This document shows, piece after piece, positions 50,046 to 62,949 of a stretch of 64,000 nucleotides of DNA; positions within the stretch are counted from its first letter, which is position 1; the number at the start of each line of letters is the position of its first letter. Origin of the DNA: Hemiscyllium ocellatum (taxonomy: Eukaryota); assembly GCF_020745735.1 (NCBI RefSeq), contig NC_083416.1, forward strand, positions 17,336,400 through 17,400,399, written 5' to 3'. The position numbers were made by a program, and so were the translations under genes. The notes under the pieces are model-generated. The model was not told the DNA's origin. It searched no databases and saw nothing but the letters and a program-made list of their open reading frames with translations.

Positions 50046-51657
50046 TACTCAGAATCTGCAGCACTTCTCGTCTCACCATGAACTCTACATTTTAACAATT
50101 TTTCTGGCAGTAGCCCTGATTTATACATCTCATCTCTCAGCATCAAAGATTGACATGATCCCATATCTCTTAGGACTGTAATTTCTTTACCTGTTGCTCC
50201 TGACCTATGCGAGTAAACCATAGCCTCACAAATAAATGGGTTAAGAAGATCCAACATCTCCTTCTCAACGAATCTCTAAGCAGGTTGTGCATTCTGGTGC
50301 AGCTTTTGAGCCTCCACTGTGCTTTCCTTTACCACTTTAACAAACTTAACTGGCTTATCCTGTTTTCTTATAGTCATCTTCCCAGAATTTTTTCGAACAC
50401 ACCAACACTGTGACTTCATGTGGCCTAATTTATTGCAATGAAAACATCTGAGCCTTTTAACTTCTCTTTCCCCTTCATGGGTTTCCTTTTTACACTGGGT
50501 ATGCTATCTTTATTATCTTCACCATGATCGACTTTCTCTTACCACCGGAGGACTTTCCCCAATTTCTGACCCTCATGATTTAAACTGATGTTGAAAGCTA
50601 AACTTTGATTTAGATGCTAACCTCTGCTCTTCCCCATGAGTTCTCACCACCCGAGGAAGTGAATTTTTGAACTCCTCCAAAATGATCGTCTAAGAGTGTC
50701 ATATCTTTGATCGATTGTTAAAGCCCTTATTCAGCTATCAAAATTACTTTGATCCTTTCAAACTCAATGTATGTTTGACCAGGGGTCTCCGTAAATTCCT
50801 GGAACGTTTTCTGTAGGCTTCTGGCACAAGCTCATATGCATTTAGGATGGCTTTCTTCACTCCTCACTAGCTCTATTACCAACTTTGTTTAGATCAACAA
50901 AACCCTCATGGTTGCCGGTCACTTCATTTGTTTAGTCACTTCCTCAAATTAAATGAAGAAGGCTTCTATAATCTTCTCGGCAAATTTTGGCAATATTTGG
51001 ATATATTGAAACACATCCCCACCACGCCTTTGACTATGATGGGTTTGTTCATCATCACTACCTTCCTCACTAAGCCTACCTCATACCTTCCCCTCCATCC
51101 TTTTCAGCCAACTTTCCTGTTTAAGTGCCAACTTCTGAAGTACAAATGCTGTCTCTCTCTCTCCTTTCCTTCTGCCAGGACCCTCCTCTCATTTGCTTTT
51201 TATTCTGCCAGGTAATTCTTTCCTTTTTTTATGTTCTACTTTTAACCATAATTCAAACAATTTCAGTTCCTGTTCATGTTCAAACTGCTTCATCTGCAAT
51301 TGAATCCTAGCCATTTCCAAAGATTCTTATGACATTTCTAGCAAATTTAAATGTTGAGCTATTGCTGTAATTACCTCTCCTTTTGCTCAAGGATGAAGGG
51401 AAACCCAACGCTGGCTTGTCTGCCAATTTCAACAGCTTTGCCTTGCTCACCTTCTGTAAGACCCCCAAAGTCACTTCTTCCACCCCCAGAAAACCCTTAG
51501 TGACTGAAAGAGCCATTACTATCCAAGAGCTGCATAATCCAACTGAATTCAATAACCAGAACAAAAGACACTAACACTTTCTACTCGCCGCCTTTGAGTC
51601 CAACAACTCTAAACCCAAAGTGGAATTATAGAATCAATCTCGAACAAGCCTGCAATC
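50046..51657 (-). mobile_element. Gmr1-like Gypsy gag-protease region with tRNA-Pro-like PBS
   Basis: VKKAILNAYELVPEAYRKR (~50860-50805), Zn knuckle CFHCNKLGHMKSQC (~50450-50405), protease-like ITVLRDMGSCQSL. PBS tgcaggcttgttcgagat (51654-51637) matches TGGGGGCTCGTCCGGGAT at 13/18. Confidence 0.8.
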
Positions 51658-52211
51658 TTTTATGGACCAGGTCAGATCTCAAAATATTTTGAAGTAGCCT
51701 ATAATGTAACTTTTCTTATTTTAAGGAAGGCGTGAAGTGGGTAATCCATGTGTGATGTAGCTGGTCAAACCATTCAGCTTTAAGCAAAACAGAATGTATG
51801 CAGTTGAAATATGAACAAAATAAAACAGAATTTAGAATAACTTAACTACTGGAAAACTTAACTGACCAGATATAGCAACTATTACAAATCAACTTCCAAT
51901 GCAGTAACCTCCCACAAACACATCCCTTGGCAAAAAGGTAAATTAAAACACAAATTCTGACAGGCAGGAGGGAGCAGTATCCAGGGAAAAATCTCAGAAA
52001 AAAAATCAGAGGACTTCTTTACTAAAGGTTCCAACTCTCCTGAACTCTCACATCTTGTACTACAGCTAAAACAAATGATGTAAAACCTGAACGGAGAGAA
52101 CTGGCCACTCCCCTTCCATTATTAAACTAGATGCTTCCACATCTCTGACTATACAACCTCTCCGAAAAACAAACAACAAAATAACCTTCTGAAAATGAAA
52201 GCACCATCACA
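51658..52211 (-). mobile_element. 5' LTR of the Gmr1-like element
   Basis: Starts TGTGATGG on the minus strand at 52211 and ends ...CCATAAAA immediately before the PBS. Confidence 0.7.
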
Positions 52212-53765
52212 GCCCGAGTTCTGGACTTCCCCCAACATCTGGAACATTCTTCCCACATCTAGCCTGCCTAGTCACATAAAAATGTTATATGTTTCTGTGA
52301 ATTACCTCCACATTTTTCTAAATTCTAGTGAGTACAAGCCCAGTTGATCCAGTTTTTCTTGATATGTCAATCCAGCCATCCCGGGAATCAGTATGGTGAA
52401 CCTTCGCTGGACACCCTTCCTCAGAACATCCTTCCTCAGACTAGGGGATCAATACTGCAAACAATACTTAAGATGTGACCTCATCAAGGTCCTGTATAAC
52501 TGCAGCAAAATCTTCCTACTCCTATACTCAAATCCTTTTGCTATGGAGGTCATGCCATTAGCTTTCCTCACTGCCTGCTGCACCTGGATGCGAACCTTCA
52601 GCGACTGTTGTACTATGACACCCAGATCTCGTTGCACCTCATCTTTTCCTAAAATACCACCATTTAGGTAATAATTTGCCTTCTTTTTTTTGCCACCAGT
52701 GGATAACCTCACAATTATCCACATTGTATTGCACTTACCAAATATTTGCCCACTCAGCCTGTTAGCATCCCCCTCACGGCACACATTCCCACCTGGCTTA
52801 GTGTCCTCTGAAAATTTGGAGGTATTGCATTCAACTCCTTCATCCAAATTGTTCATGTATATTGTGACCAGTTAGGGTCCCAGCACTGAACCCTGCGGCA
52901 TCCCATTCATCACTGCTTGCCATCCTGAAAAGGACCTGTTTATTCCAACTGTCAGAAACAGGAAACAAATGCTTCCTGAATGCCAACTAGTTTTATATCC
53001 ACATCAATACATTACCACTTGATATTATGAGCTTTAATTTTGATACTAATCTCTTGTGTGGAATCTTGTTAAAAACCTTTTAAAAGTCCAGTTACAAGCA
53101 TCCATGGATTCACCCTTGCCCACTTTACTAATAAGATTAGATTAATTAGAGTATGGAAACAGGCCCTTCGGCCCAACAAGTCCACACCGACCCTCCGAAC
53201 AGCAACCTACCCAGACCCATTCCCCTACATTTACCCCTTCACCTAACACTACGGGCAATTTAGCATGGCCAATTCACCTAACCTGCACATCTTTGGACTG
53301 TGGGAGGAAACCAGAGCACCCAGAGGAAACCCACGCAGACACAGGGAGAATGTGCAAACTCCACACAGACAGTTGCCTGAGGTAGATTACATTCTCAAAA
53401 AATTCCAGAAGGTTTTTCAAGCATGATTTCCCCTCACTGAATCCATGCTGACTTAGACCAATTCTGTCACTGCAATCCAAATGCTCAGTTATTACATCCC
53501 AAATAATTGACTCCAGCATTTTCTCCACCAATGTCAGGCTAACTGGCTGAGAATTCCCCATTTCCTCTCTTCTTTTTTGGAAAGTGGGCTTACATTAGCT
53601 ATCTTCCAGTCCATTGGAGCTCTTCTAGAGTCTGTAGAATGTTGGAAAATGATCACCAATGCTAGGGCTACTTCCTTAATTACTCTAGGATTGCGAGCAT
53701 CAGGCCCTGGGGACTTATTGGGTTTTAATCCCATCAATTTTCCTAATACCATTTCCTCTCTAATA
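52212..53765 (-). mobile_element. CR1 LINE RT region, split by an HE1 SINE
   Basis: Minus ORFs GLKPNKSPGPD...DWKIANVSPL, SQHGFSEGKSCLKNLLEFFE, QVQQAVRKANGM. Confidence 0.88.
53134..53382 (-). mobile_element. 5'-truncated HE1-type SINE
   Basis: agattagatt tail; ggaaacaggcccttcggcccaacaagtccacaccg...aaactccacacagacagttgcctgagg. Confidence 0.92.
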
Positions 53766-53919
53766 TGGCATTTCTGGAAGGAGGCTCAGTCTTTAAAATT
53801 ATGTAGTTTACTGCATGACAGTAATTAAGTTCAAAGTTACATTACTATCCTAGGCGACCCTACAAAGTGCTGGTAGGTGGGACTAGATTGGGTTGGGATA
53901 TGTCGTCGGCATGATAGCC

Positions 53920-54240
53920 TTCAACATTATGCCTTTCAGAGATATTCCACAATTTAATTCTGGCTTCTTGTACATCACTGATCTTAACTCTACCATTGTG
54001 CCATGCCTTTAATTGCCTAGTCATAAGCTCTACAATATATACCCTGCACCTCTTCACCTCTTGACTTCTCTGTTGTCCATTCTAGTACTTCCTAAAACCT
54101 ACATCTTCCAAGCAATTTTTGTTATCTGACATAATACAGAATGTGCTTCCTGTCATGTTTTGTTCTGTAATGCTCCTATGAAATTCCTTGGGAAATTTTG
54201 TTAAATTAAAGGTGCTACGTAAATGAAAGCTGTTTTTGTT
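53920..54240 (+). mobile_element. L2-clade LINE 3' tail
   Basis: taatgctcctatgaaattccttggg...aaaggtgctacgtaaatgaaagctgtt resembles the L2-type tail of shark repeats. Confidence 0.55.
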
Positions 54241-54631
54241 TACTGGATACTTGGGCAATTCTCCATATTGTTGGATTAATAGCAGATTCAGCTAGACTGA
54301 TACAGCCTTGCTCAGGATCTGGCTAGTTTCCAACCAAACGTCATCAGTTCTGCAGCCAGGATGTTGCTGAGTTTTGCTATGTCCATTGTACACAACCATT
54401 TCTTGGTAAAGATATTTGAAATATCAGCGAGTTGAGGTATACATGTTTCTAATCAATCTGGTGAGATTTCAACTCAGGTATCCTGATTCAGAGACCTGGA
54501 AAATGCCACTGCACCACAGCAAGACTTCCCTATTTTTATGCTTGATTGCCTCTGAAATAAAGGTCAACATTCTATTTGCCTTCCCAATTGGCTGCTGAAC
54601 AAATATGTTAGATTATTGCGATTTGACAAGA

Positions 54632-57597
54632 GATAGCTTTACAGCTGTCCTGAGGGAGGATATTCCCGGAAATACATCCAGGGAAGTTATTTGGGTGGAA
54701 CTGAGAAATAAGAAAGGGATGATCACCTTATTGGGATTGTATTATTGACCCCCTAATAGGAAATTGAGAAACAAATTTGTAAGGAGAACTCAACTATCTG
54801 TAAGAACAATAAGGTGGTTACGGCAGGGAATTTTAACTTTCCTAATATAGACTGGGACTGCCATAATGTTAACAGTTTAGATAGAGAGGAATTTGTTAAG
54901 TGCGTACAAGACAATTTTCTGATTCAGTATGCGGATGTACCTACTACAGAAGGTGCAAACTTGACCTACTCTTGGGAAATACGGCAGGACAGGTGACTGA
55001 GGAGTCATTGGGAAAGCACTTTGGGGCCAGCTACCATAATTCTATTAGATTTTAAATCGTGATGGAAAAGGATAGACCAGATCTAAAAGTTGAAGTTTTA
55101 AATTGAAAAAAGGCCAATTTTGATGGTATTAGGCAAGAACTTTCAAAAGGTGACTGGGGGCAGATGTTCGCAGGTAAAGGGATTGCTGGAAAATGGGAAT
55201 CCTTCAGAAATGAGATAACGAGAATCCAGAGAAACTATATTCCTGTGAGAGTGAAAGGAAAGGCTGGTAGATATAGGGAATGCTGGATGACTAAAGATAT
55301 TGAGGGTTTGGTTAAGAAAAAGAAGGAAGCATATGTCAGGTATAGAAAGGATAGACGGAGTGAATCCTTAGAAGAGTATAAAGCCAATAGCAGTATACTT
55401 AAGAGGGAAATCAGGAGGGCAAAAAAGGAGACATGAGATAGCTTTGGCAAATAGAATTAATGAGAATCCAAAAGGTTTTTTTTTAGAAATACGTTAAGGA
55501 CAAAAGGGTAACTTGGGAGAGGATAGGCCCCCTCAAAGATCATCAAGGCAGCCTTTGTGTGGAGCTGCAGAAATTGAGGGAGATACTAAATGAGTATTTT
55601 TTTTAATCAGTATTTACTGTGGAAAAGTTCATGGAAGATATAGAACGTAGGGAAATAGATGGTGACATCTTGAAAAATGTCCATATTACAGATAAAGAAG
55701 TGCTGGTTGTCTTGAAATGCATAAAAGTGGATAAATCCCCAGGACCTGTTCAGGCGTACCCTAGAACTCTGTGGGAAGCTAGGGAAGTGATTGCTGGGTC
55801 TCTTGCTGAGATATTTGTATCATCGTAGTCATAGGTGAGGTGCCAGAAAACTGGAGGTTGGCTAACGTGGTGCCACTGAATAAGAAGGTTGGCAAGGAGA
55901 AGCCAGGGAACTATAGACCAGTGAGCCTGATGTCGATGGGCAAGTTGTTGGAGGAACGCCTGAGGGGCAGGATGTACGTGTATTTGAAAATGCAAGGACT
56001 GATTAGAGACAGTCAACATGGCTTTGTGCATGGGAAATCATGTCTCACAAAGTTGATTGAGTTTTTTGAGGAAATAACAAAGAGGATTGTTGAGGGCAGA
56101 GCGGTAGATATGATCTATATGGACATCAGTAAGGCGGTCGACAAGGTTCCCCATGGGAGACTGGTTAGCAAGGTTAGATCTCACAGAATACAGGGAGAAC
56201 TAGCCATTTGGATACAAAACAGGCTCAAAGGTAGAAGACAGAGGATGGTGGTGGAGGGTTGTTTTTCAGACGGGAGGCCTGTGACCAGTGGAGTGCCACA
56301 AGGATCGGTGCTAGGTCCTCTACTTTTCATCATTTATATAAATGATTTGGCTGTGAGCATTAGAGGAAAAGTTAGTAAGTTTGCAGATGACATCAAAATT
56401 GGAGGTGCCGTGGAAAGTGAAGAAGGTTACCTCAGATTACAAAAGGATCTTGATCAGATGGGCCAATGGGCTGAGCACTGGCAGATGGAGTTTAATTCAG
56501 ATAAATTCGAGGTGCTGCATTTTGGGATAGCAATTCATAGCAGGACTTATACACTTAATGGTAAGGTCCCAGGGAGTGTTACTGAACAAAGAGACCGTGG
56601 AGTGCAGGTTCATAGTGCCCTGAAAGTGGAGTCGCATGTAGATAGCATAGCGAAGAACGTATTTGGTATGCTTTCCTTTAATGGACAGAGAATGGAGTAC
56701 AGGGGTTGGGAGATCATGTTGCTGCTGTACAGGACATTGGTTAGGCCACTGTTGGAATATTGCATGCAATTCCTATCGTAAAGATATTGTGAAACTTGAA
56801 AGGGTTTAGAAAAGATTTACAAGGATGTTGCCAGGGTTGGAGGATTTGAACTATAGAGAGAGGCTGAACAGGCTGGGGCTGTTTTACCTGGAGCGTCGGA
56901 GGCTGAGGGGTGACCTTATAGAGGTTTACAAAATTATGAGGGGCATGGATAGGAGAAATAGACAAAGTCTTTTCTCTAAGAACTAGAGAAGTAGCACGGT
57001 AGCACAGTGGTTAGCATTGCTGCCTCACAGCGCACGAGACCTGGGTTCAATTCCCGCCTCAGGCGACTGACTGTGTGGAGTTTGCACATTCTCCCCGTGT
57101 CTGCGTGGGTTTCCTCTGGGTGCTCAGGTTTCCTCCCACAGTCTAAAAATGTGCAGGTTAGGTGAATGCTAAATTGCCGGTAGCATTAGTGTGTGCAGGG
57201 GTAAATGTAGGGGAATGGGTCTGGATAGGTTGCGCTTCGGAGCGTCGGTGTGGACATGTTGGGCCAAAGGGCCTGTTTCCACACTGTAAGTAATCTAATC
57301 TAGAGGGCATAGGTTTAGGATGAGAGGGGAAATATATAAAAGAGACCTAAGGGGCAACTTTTTCACGCAGAAGGTGGTACGTGTATGGAATGAACTGCCG
57401 CAGTAAGTGGTGGAGGTTGGTACAATTGCAACATTTAAAAGGCATTTGGATGGGTATATGAATAGGAAGGGTTTTGGAGGGATATGGGTCGGGTGCTGGC
57501 AGGTGGGACTAGATTGGGTTGAGATGTCTGGTCAGCATGAACGGGTTTGACCGAAGGGTGTGTTTCTGTGCTGTACATCTCGATGACTCTATGACTC
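54632..57597 (+). mobile_element. HER1-type CR1 LINE (endonuclease-RT-3' end), relatively young, with nested HE1
   Basis: 313-aa RT ORF 55840-56781 (NYRPVSL, SQHGF, DISKAVDKVPH, SGVPQGSVLGPLLF, FADD); (atgactct)n tail; gacaaga repeated at 54625-54631 and 57603-57609. Confidence 0.93.
56989..57299 (+). mobile_element. HE1-type SINE inside the HER1 LINE
   Basis: gcacggtagcacagtggttagc...gggttcaattcccg; TSD ctagag at 56983-56988 and 57300-57305. Confidence 0.93.
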
Positions 57598-57609
57598 TTA
57601 TGGACAAGA

Positions 57610-60440
57610 ACACTCAAATTCCTTTGTTATGTAGATTTCTCCATTTAAATAATATTCAGCTCCTCTATTCTTAATATCACTTAAGATGATAGGATGTAAA
57701 ATCAAAGGTAAGCCATTCAGCTGATCGTGTCTGCTTCACCATTCAACGAGATCATGGAGGACCTATTAATTGTCAATTCAATTTTCCAGCCTTTTACTGA
57801 TCGACCTTAATTCCCTTGCTGATTAAAATCTCAGCCTTGAACATACTTAATTACCCAGCTTCTAAAGCCCTCCGCAGTTAAAAAAATTACAGTTGCACTC
57901 CTTCTGAGAGAAATTCTTCATCTTCCTTTGCCTTAAATGGTCGCGCCTCACTGTAATCCATGTTGCAGACATCTGAAGTCTTTCTCCATTTATATAATAT
58001 TTTTCTCCTTGGTTCTTCCTGCCAAAATGCATAACTTCACATCTTCCCATTTTATATTCAACTCCCAATTTTCACCCATTCACCTAATATATCCTTCTTT
58101 ATGACATCTTCACCACTTGCCTTCCCATCTGTTTTTGTGTCAACTGTAAACTTAGCAATGTACATTCATTGCCAAATCATTAATATATTGCAAGTAATTG
58201 TGGGCCCAGCAATGATCCCTGTGACACACCACTAGATACACGTTCCAACATGAAAATGCTCCTTTATTCCAACTCTTTGTTTTTGATTAGTTAACTAATC
58301 CTCTCTGCTAATATGCTACCCCCAGAACTTGGGCTCCCATCTTATTAAACAGCTTCATGTGTGATAGTTGATCAAATGCCAATGGGAAATTTAAATCTGT
58401 TCCAACTACAGGTTCCCCTTCATCTATTTTGCTTATGTTTGTTAGCTCTTCACAGGATTCTACTAAGTTTGTCAGGCATGACTTATGCTTCATGAAGCCA
58501 CTAAGCTTGATTATGTTGCGTGTTACTAAATGCTGTTATTGCAGTCTTTCCAATACAGGTTAACCTTTTTTTCGAATTACAAGTATTAAGCTAACAGATC
58601 TAACAGTTACCGTTTTCTTTCCTGTCTCCCTCACGTTTTGAAAAAGGGCATACTGGCTGTTTATCAGTTATGTTATTTTCGAGAATTGAAAGGTTCCTGC
58701 AATATTATTACACTGTCTCTACTTCCTTTAATATCCGAAGATGCAACTCATCAGATCCAGGGGACATATTGGTTTTTAGTCCCATTACTTCCTCTAGTAC
58801 ATTTTCTTTCATGACATACACTGCATATATTTCTGACCCATGATTATTTCATATTTTTGCAATGCTATTAGTGTCTCCTCTACTGTGTGAAGACTGATAC
58901 AACTTTTTATTAATCTCAGCTGCCATATCCAATTCCCCCATTATTATTTACCCAGTTTCATTTTCCAAGGGACCTATTTTTACTTTGGTCTCTTTGCCTT
59001 TTTATGTACTGAAATAATCGGTTTCTTTATTATTTGCTCAATTTTCTTCAGTTTATTTTCTGCCTCGATTTTTTTTGGGTCACCTTTTATTTTTTAAAAA
59101 TTTCCCAATCCTCTGGGTTACCAGATTATATTTGATCTTTGCCACATTATATTTTTTCTTTCGGTTTGATACTATTGATAACTTCACTGGTTAGACATGG
59201 TTTGTTTACATACTTTCTAAAATCCTTGTTCTTCACTGGATTATATGTTTATTGTAAGTCATGAACTATTTTTTTCAATATCTGACACTGTTCATCAATA
59301 GTTCTTTCTGTTAACTTCCTTTCACAGTCCACTCCAGCTAACTCTGTCCTCATTCCTTTATAATTATCCTTATTTAAGTTTAGTATAACTCTTTCTGACC
59401 CAAAGTGAATGCTAAATTCTATCACATTATGGTATTGCTTCCTTGTTGGGGGGCAAGGGGAAGTGGTATTTTACTCTGAAACTATTTATTCAACCCATCT
59501 CATAACACATTCTCAGATATGAAATTCCTACTTGGATCCACAACATATTGTTCTAGGAAACTGTTCTAAATATACTGTATGAATTCTTCCTCATGCCTAC
59601 TTCTACCTCATAGAGTCATTGAGATGTACAGCACAGAAACAGATCCTTCAGTCCAACTCGTCCATGCCAACCAGATGTCTCAACCCAATGTCGTCCCACC
59701 TGCCAGCACACAGCCCATATCCTTCCAAACCTTTCCTATTCATACATCCATCCAGACGCCTTGTAAATGTTGCAATTGTACTCAGCTCCACCACTTCCTC
59801 TGGCATCTCATTCAGTACACGCACCACCCTCTTCGTGAAAAGGTTGCCCCTTAGGTCTCTTTTATATCTTTCTGCTCTCACACTAAACCTATGCCCTTTA
59901 GTTCTGGACTCCCCCGTCCCAGCAAAGAGACTTAGTCTATTTATCCTATCTGTGTCCTTCATGATTTTATAAGCCTCTATAAGGACACCCCTCAGCCTCC
60001 CACGCTCCACGGAAAACAGCCCTAGCCTATTCAACCTCTCCCTGTAGCTCAAATCCTCCAACCCTGGCAACATCCTTGCAAATCTTTTCTGACTCCTTTC
60101 AAGTTTTACCGGTTTGATTTTTCCAATCTACACAAAAATTAATGCCACCCATGATTGATTTACTTTTTTTTAAACATTCTCATTATCACCTGGTTTATTT
60201 CCTATCCTATAGTATTGCTACCTGTAACCTATTCCCACCAGTCCCTTTTTCTATTTCTTGCTACAAAATGCATGGAATCTACATCTTCAGATCTGAGATC
60301 ATTTCCTGCTGTTTTGCTTATGCCATCTTGTCTAACAAAGATATCCCATCACCCTTTCCTTCCTGCCTATCCTTTCAAAAAGTTACATATCCCGGAACAG
60401 TTCCCAGTTTTAATCTCATAAGTATCTCTGTAATAGCTAT
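57610..60440 (-). mobile_element. Older CR1 LINE (continuing from 54390-54625) with a nested HER1 3' end at 59608-60108
   Basis: Minus ORFs CEVMHFGRKNQ, KSCLTNLVESCEE and LPGLEDLSYRERLNRLGLFS...RGNLFTKRVV. Confidence 0.8.
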
Positions 60441-60444
60441 AAGA

Positions 60445-61000
60445 TCAGACTATTTAAAAGACATTTGGACAGGTACATGAACAGGAAAGGTTTAGAGGGA
60501 TATGGGCCAAATGCAGGTTGGCTTTAGTTAGGGAAAAATGGTCAGCATCGACAAGTTGGACCAATGGGTCTGTTTCCATGCTATGACTCAGAGGTGCAAG
60601 GGATATTTACCAGGATGTTGCTGGGCTGGAGAGGTTTGTTAACAAAGGGAGATTTGATAAATTTGGTTGTTTTCCTTAGAGCAGAGAAGATGGAGGGGGA
60701 ACATGATTGAGGTAAATAAAGTTATGAGGGGCATAAATAGGTTAGATGGGAATGATCTTTTCCGCTTGATGGAGAGATCAAATGTTCATTCCCCTTAGAT
60801 TTAAAGTAAGGGGCAGGAAGCTTTGAGGGCCAACAGAAGCAGAAATCCACGTAACTTTTAGAAGTACATCTATAATGTCAAGGCATCCAGGGCTTTGGGC
60901 CAAGTACTGGAAAAGGGTATTAGAATAGTTGGGCACTTGTTTTTAACTGGTGCAGATTCAATGGGCTGAAAGGCATTTTACTGTGGTGTAGACTTCTTTG
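60445..61000 (+). mobile_element. CR1/HER1 3' fragments
   Basis: aaaggtttagagggatatgggccaaatgcagg; atttaccaggatgttgc; ttagagcagagaag. Confidence 0.7.
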
Positions 61001-61119
61001 TTTATAATAATGACTACTGGTCCTAGCACAGTTCAAATAAAGCCCACCCCACCAGAACAGCACCATTCAGTTTTTCTATTATTTATTTGGAATTAACTTC
61101 TGCTCATCTAGTGCAAGAT

Positions 61120-61385
61120 CTTAAATAAGTGAAGTGATAATTAGAGTCGAAGAGTCAAAAAAGTTGGTGACAAGGTAGAGCTGGGTCTCATCAGCAGGCT
61201 TGCAAAACCTAACACTGCGCTTTTGGTTGATGTCACTGATTAGATACACATAGATAAGAAATAGGAGAGGCACAACAAAACACTGATCATTGGGGGTCAC
61301 TAGAACGCACAATGGGAGACCAGAAAGAGAAGTCATTACAAATAATATTCTGGCTATGATTAACAAGTCCAGAGAAAGTAGCATG
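61120..61385 (-). mobile_element. L2-clade RT fragment
   Basis: Minus ORF ...VVPLLFLIY...ADETQLYL (YADDTQLY-like). Confidence 0.65.
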
Positions 61386-61459
61386 AATTCAGTGTGGCTA
61401 TTTATTGCCTTATCATTCTTTATTTAATCATCAGCAACTTTCCACTGATTTGAGTTATA

Positions 61460-61922
61460 CGAAGCACAAAGATAGATTGTTGGAGGACAAGTCTTTCAAC
61501 CATGCAAGTCAGATGTATGATGGAAAACCATCCAATTGTCTGGATGGATGCAGCTCCAAGAATACTCAACACCAATGACATAACGGAAAAAGCAGTTCAC
61601 TTGACTCACCCCATCCATCATCACAAATATTCATCGTGGTACAAGCAGCTGTCGACAAGATGTAATGCAGCAATTTGGCAAAGTTCCTTCACTCAAACTG
61701 TCTAAAACTGTGAACTTTACTATCAAGAAGACAAAAGTCAGCACGCCCAGGGTGAACACCACTGCCTGTAAGTTCCATCCAAATCACAAACAACTCTGAT
61801 TGACTATATCACCATTTCATCACTGAAAAATATAGAACTTTCTTCTTAACAGTACTGTGCTTGCACCACAGGCTGCAGTTCCAGGTGGTGGATCACCACC
61901 AGTTTTTGAAGGGCAATTAGAG
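61460..61922 (+). mobile_element. 3' part of the ancient L2/CR1-group LINE
   Basis: QVRCMMENHPIVWMDAAP; tail caccaccagtttttgaagggcaattag. Confidence 0.75.
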
Positions 61923-62101
61923 TAGAGTAGCTGAATATAAAGAAAGTGCCATAAATATAAGTTTAAATTATAAGGATTTCAGGACAGTGAACAGGAGAAA
62001 CCTCTTTATCAAGTTCAGAGAATTCATTTCCTGGGTTTTTAACCGGAGGCACAAATAATATTAATATTTAAGTGCAGATAGATTGAAGAGATAGAGTAAG
62101 G

Positions 62102-62294
62102 GCTGAAAAATGTGTTTGCTGGAAAAGCGCAGCAGGTCAGGCAGCATCCAAGGAGCAGGAGAATCGACGTTTCGGGCATAAGCCACCCAAAACATTGATT
62201 CTCCTGCTCCTTGGATGCTGCCTGACCTGCTGCGCTTTTCCAGCAACACATTTTTCAGCTCCGATCTCCAGCATCTGCAGTCCTCACTTTCTCC
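62102..62294. mobile_element. 193-bp fold-back mini-PLE insert with exact 14-bp TSD
   Basis: TSD gagatagagtaagg at 62088-62101 and 62295-62308; ~75-bp near-perfect inverted arms joined at gggcataagcc|acccaaaac. Confidence 0.9.
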
Positions 62295-62949
62295 GAGATA
62301 GAGTAAGGATAAGAAGTTGAAGGCACATGGAAACAGAGCCAATAAAAATTATTAGGAATATTTCTCAGATGGATGGTTGGTACTGTACTGGCTTGAACAG
62401 GTTGTGTGTTTTTGTGTTTAAATTCCATGTAGTCCTCCGCATCATTCAGTGACACCCAAGGATGGGGTGGGAAAAATGTAATAATGGTGCATAGGAGGCT
62501 TTATTTTATAGTTAGACAGGAGTGTAAGCAGTTGGTTCTACGTCTATTCATTATCTAATTAAACGTGGTTGCTTGATTTCCATTGTGATGGAGATTGACA
62601 AAGCAAGCATACCACATATCTCAAAGTTCAGCATGCTCAGTTGAAAAAAATTGAGGCGCAAGTAAAATTAGACATTTTTTTCTGACTACTGTCTGAAACA
62701 ATTCAGAAGTGGTGGCCTCAAGTTTCTACAATCCCACACAGAGCTTAGGGAACATAAATTTTGGGAAGTAAACATGCTCTACAGAAGTTGGCTTGTCCAG
62801 CATTACTGGGACTGTGTGGAAGAACTCAGAATTATCTTAAGTCTGTGTTGCTCATGAGACGGATTTTGGGACCTCTTAATTACTGGGCAGAAAATAGAAA
62901 AAAAATTCAGATTTTTGGCAGGAACACACAATAACACAAATGAACTTAC

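Noticed and set aside
55840-56781. 313-aa ORF as a host or domesticated gene
   Set aside because: CR1 reverse transcriptase with stops and frameshifts on both sides and a SINE inserted downstream.
56991-57060. tRNA gene
   Set aside because: A/B-box head of an HE1 SINE continuing into the SINE core; same for 15075 and 37720.
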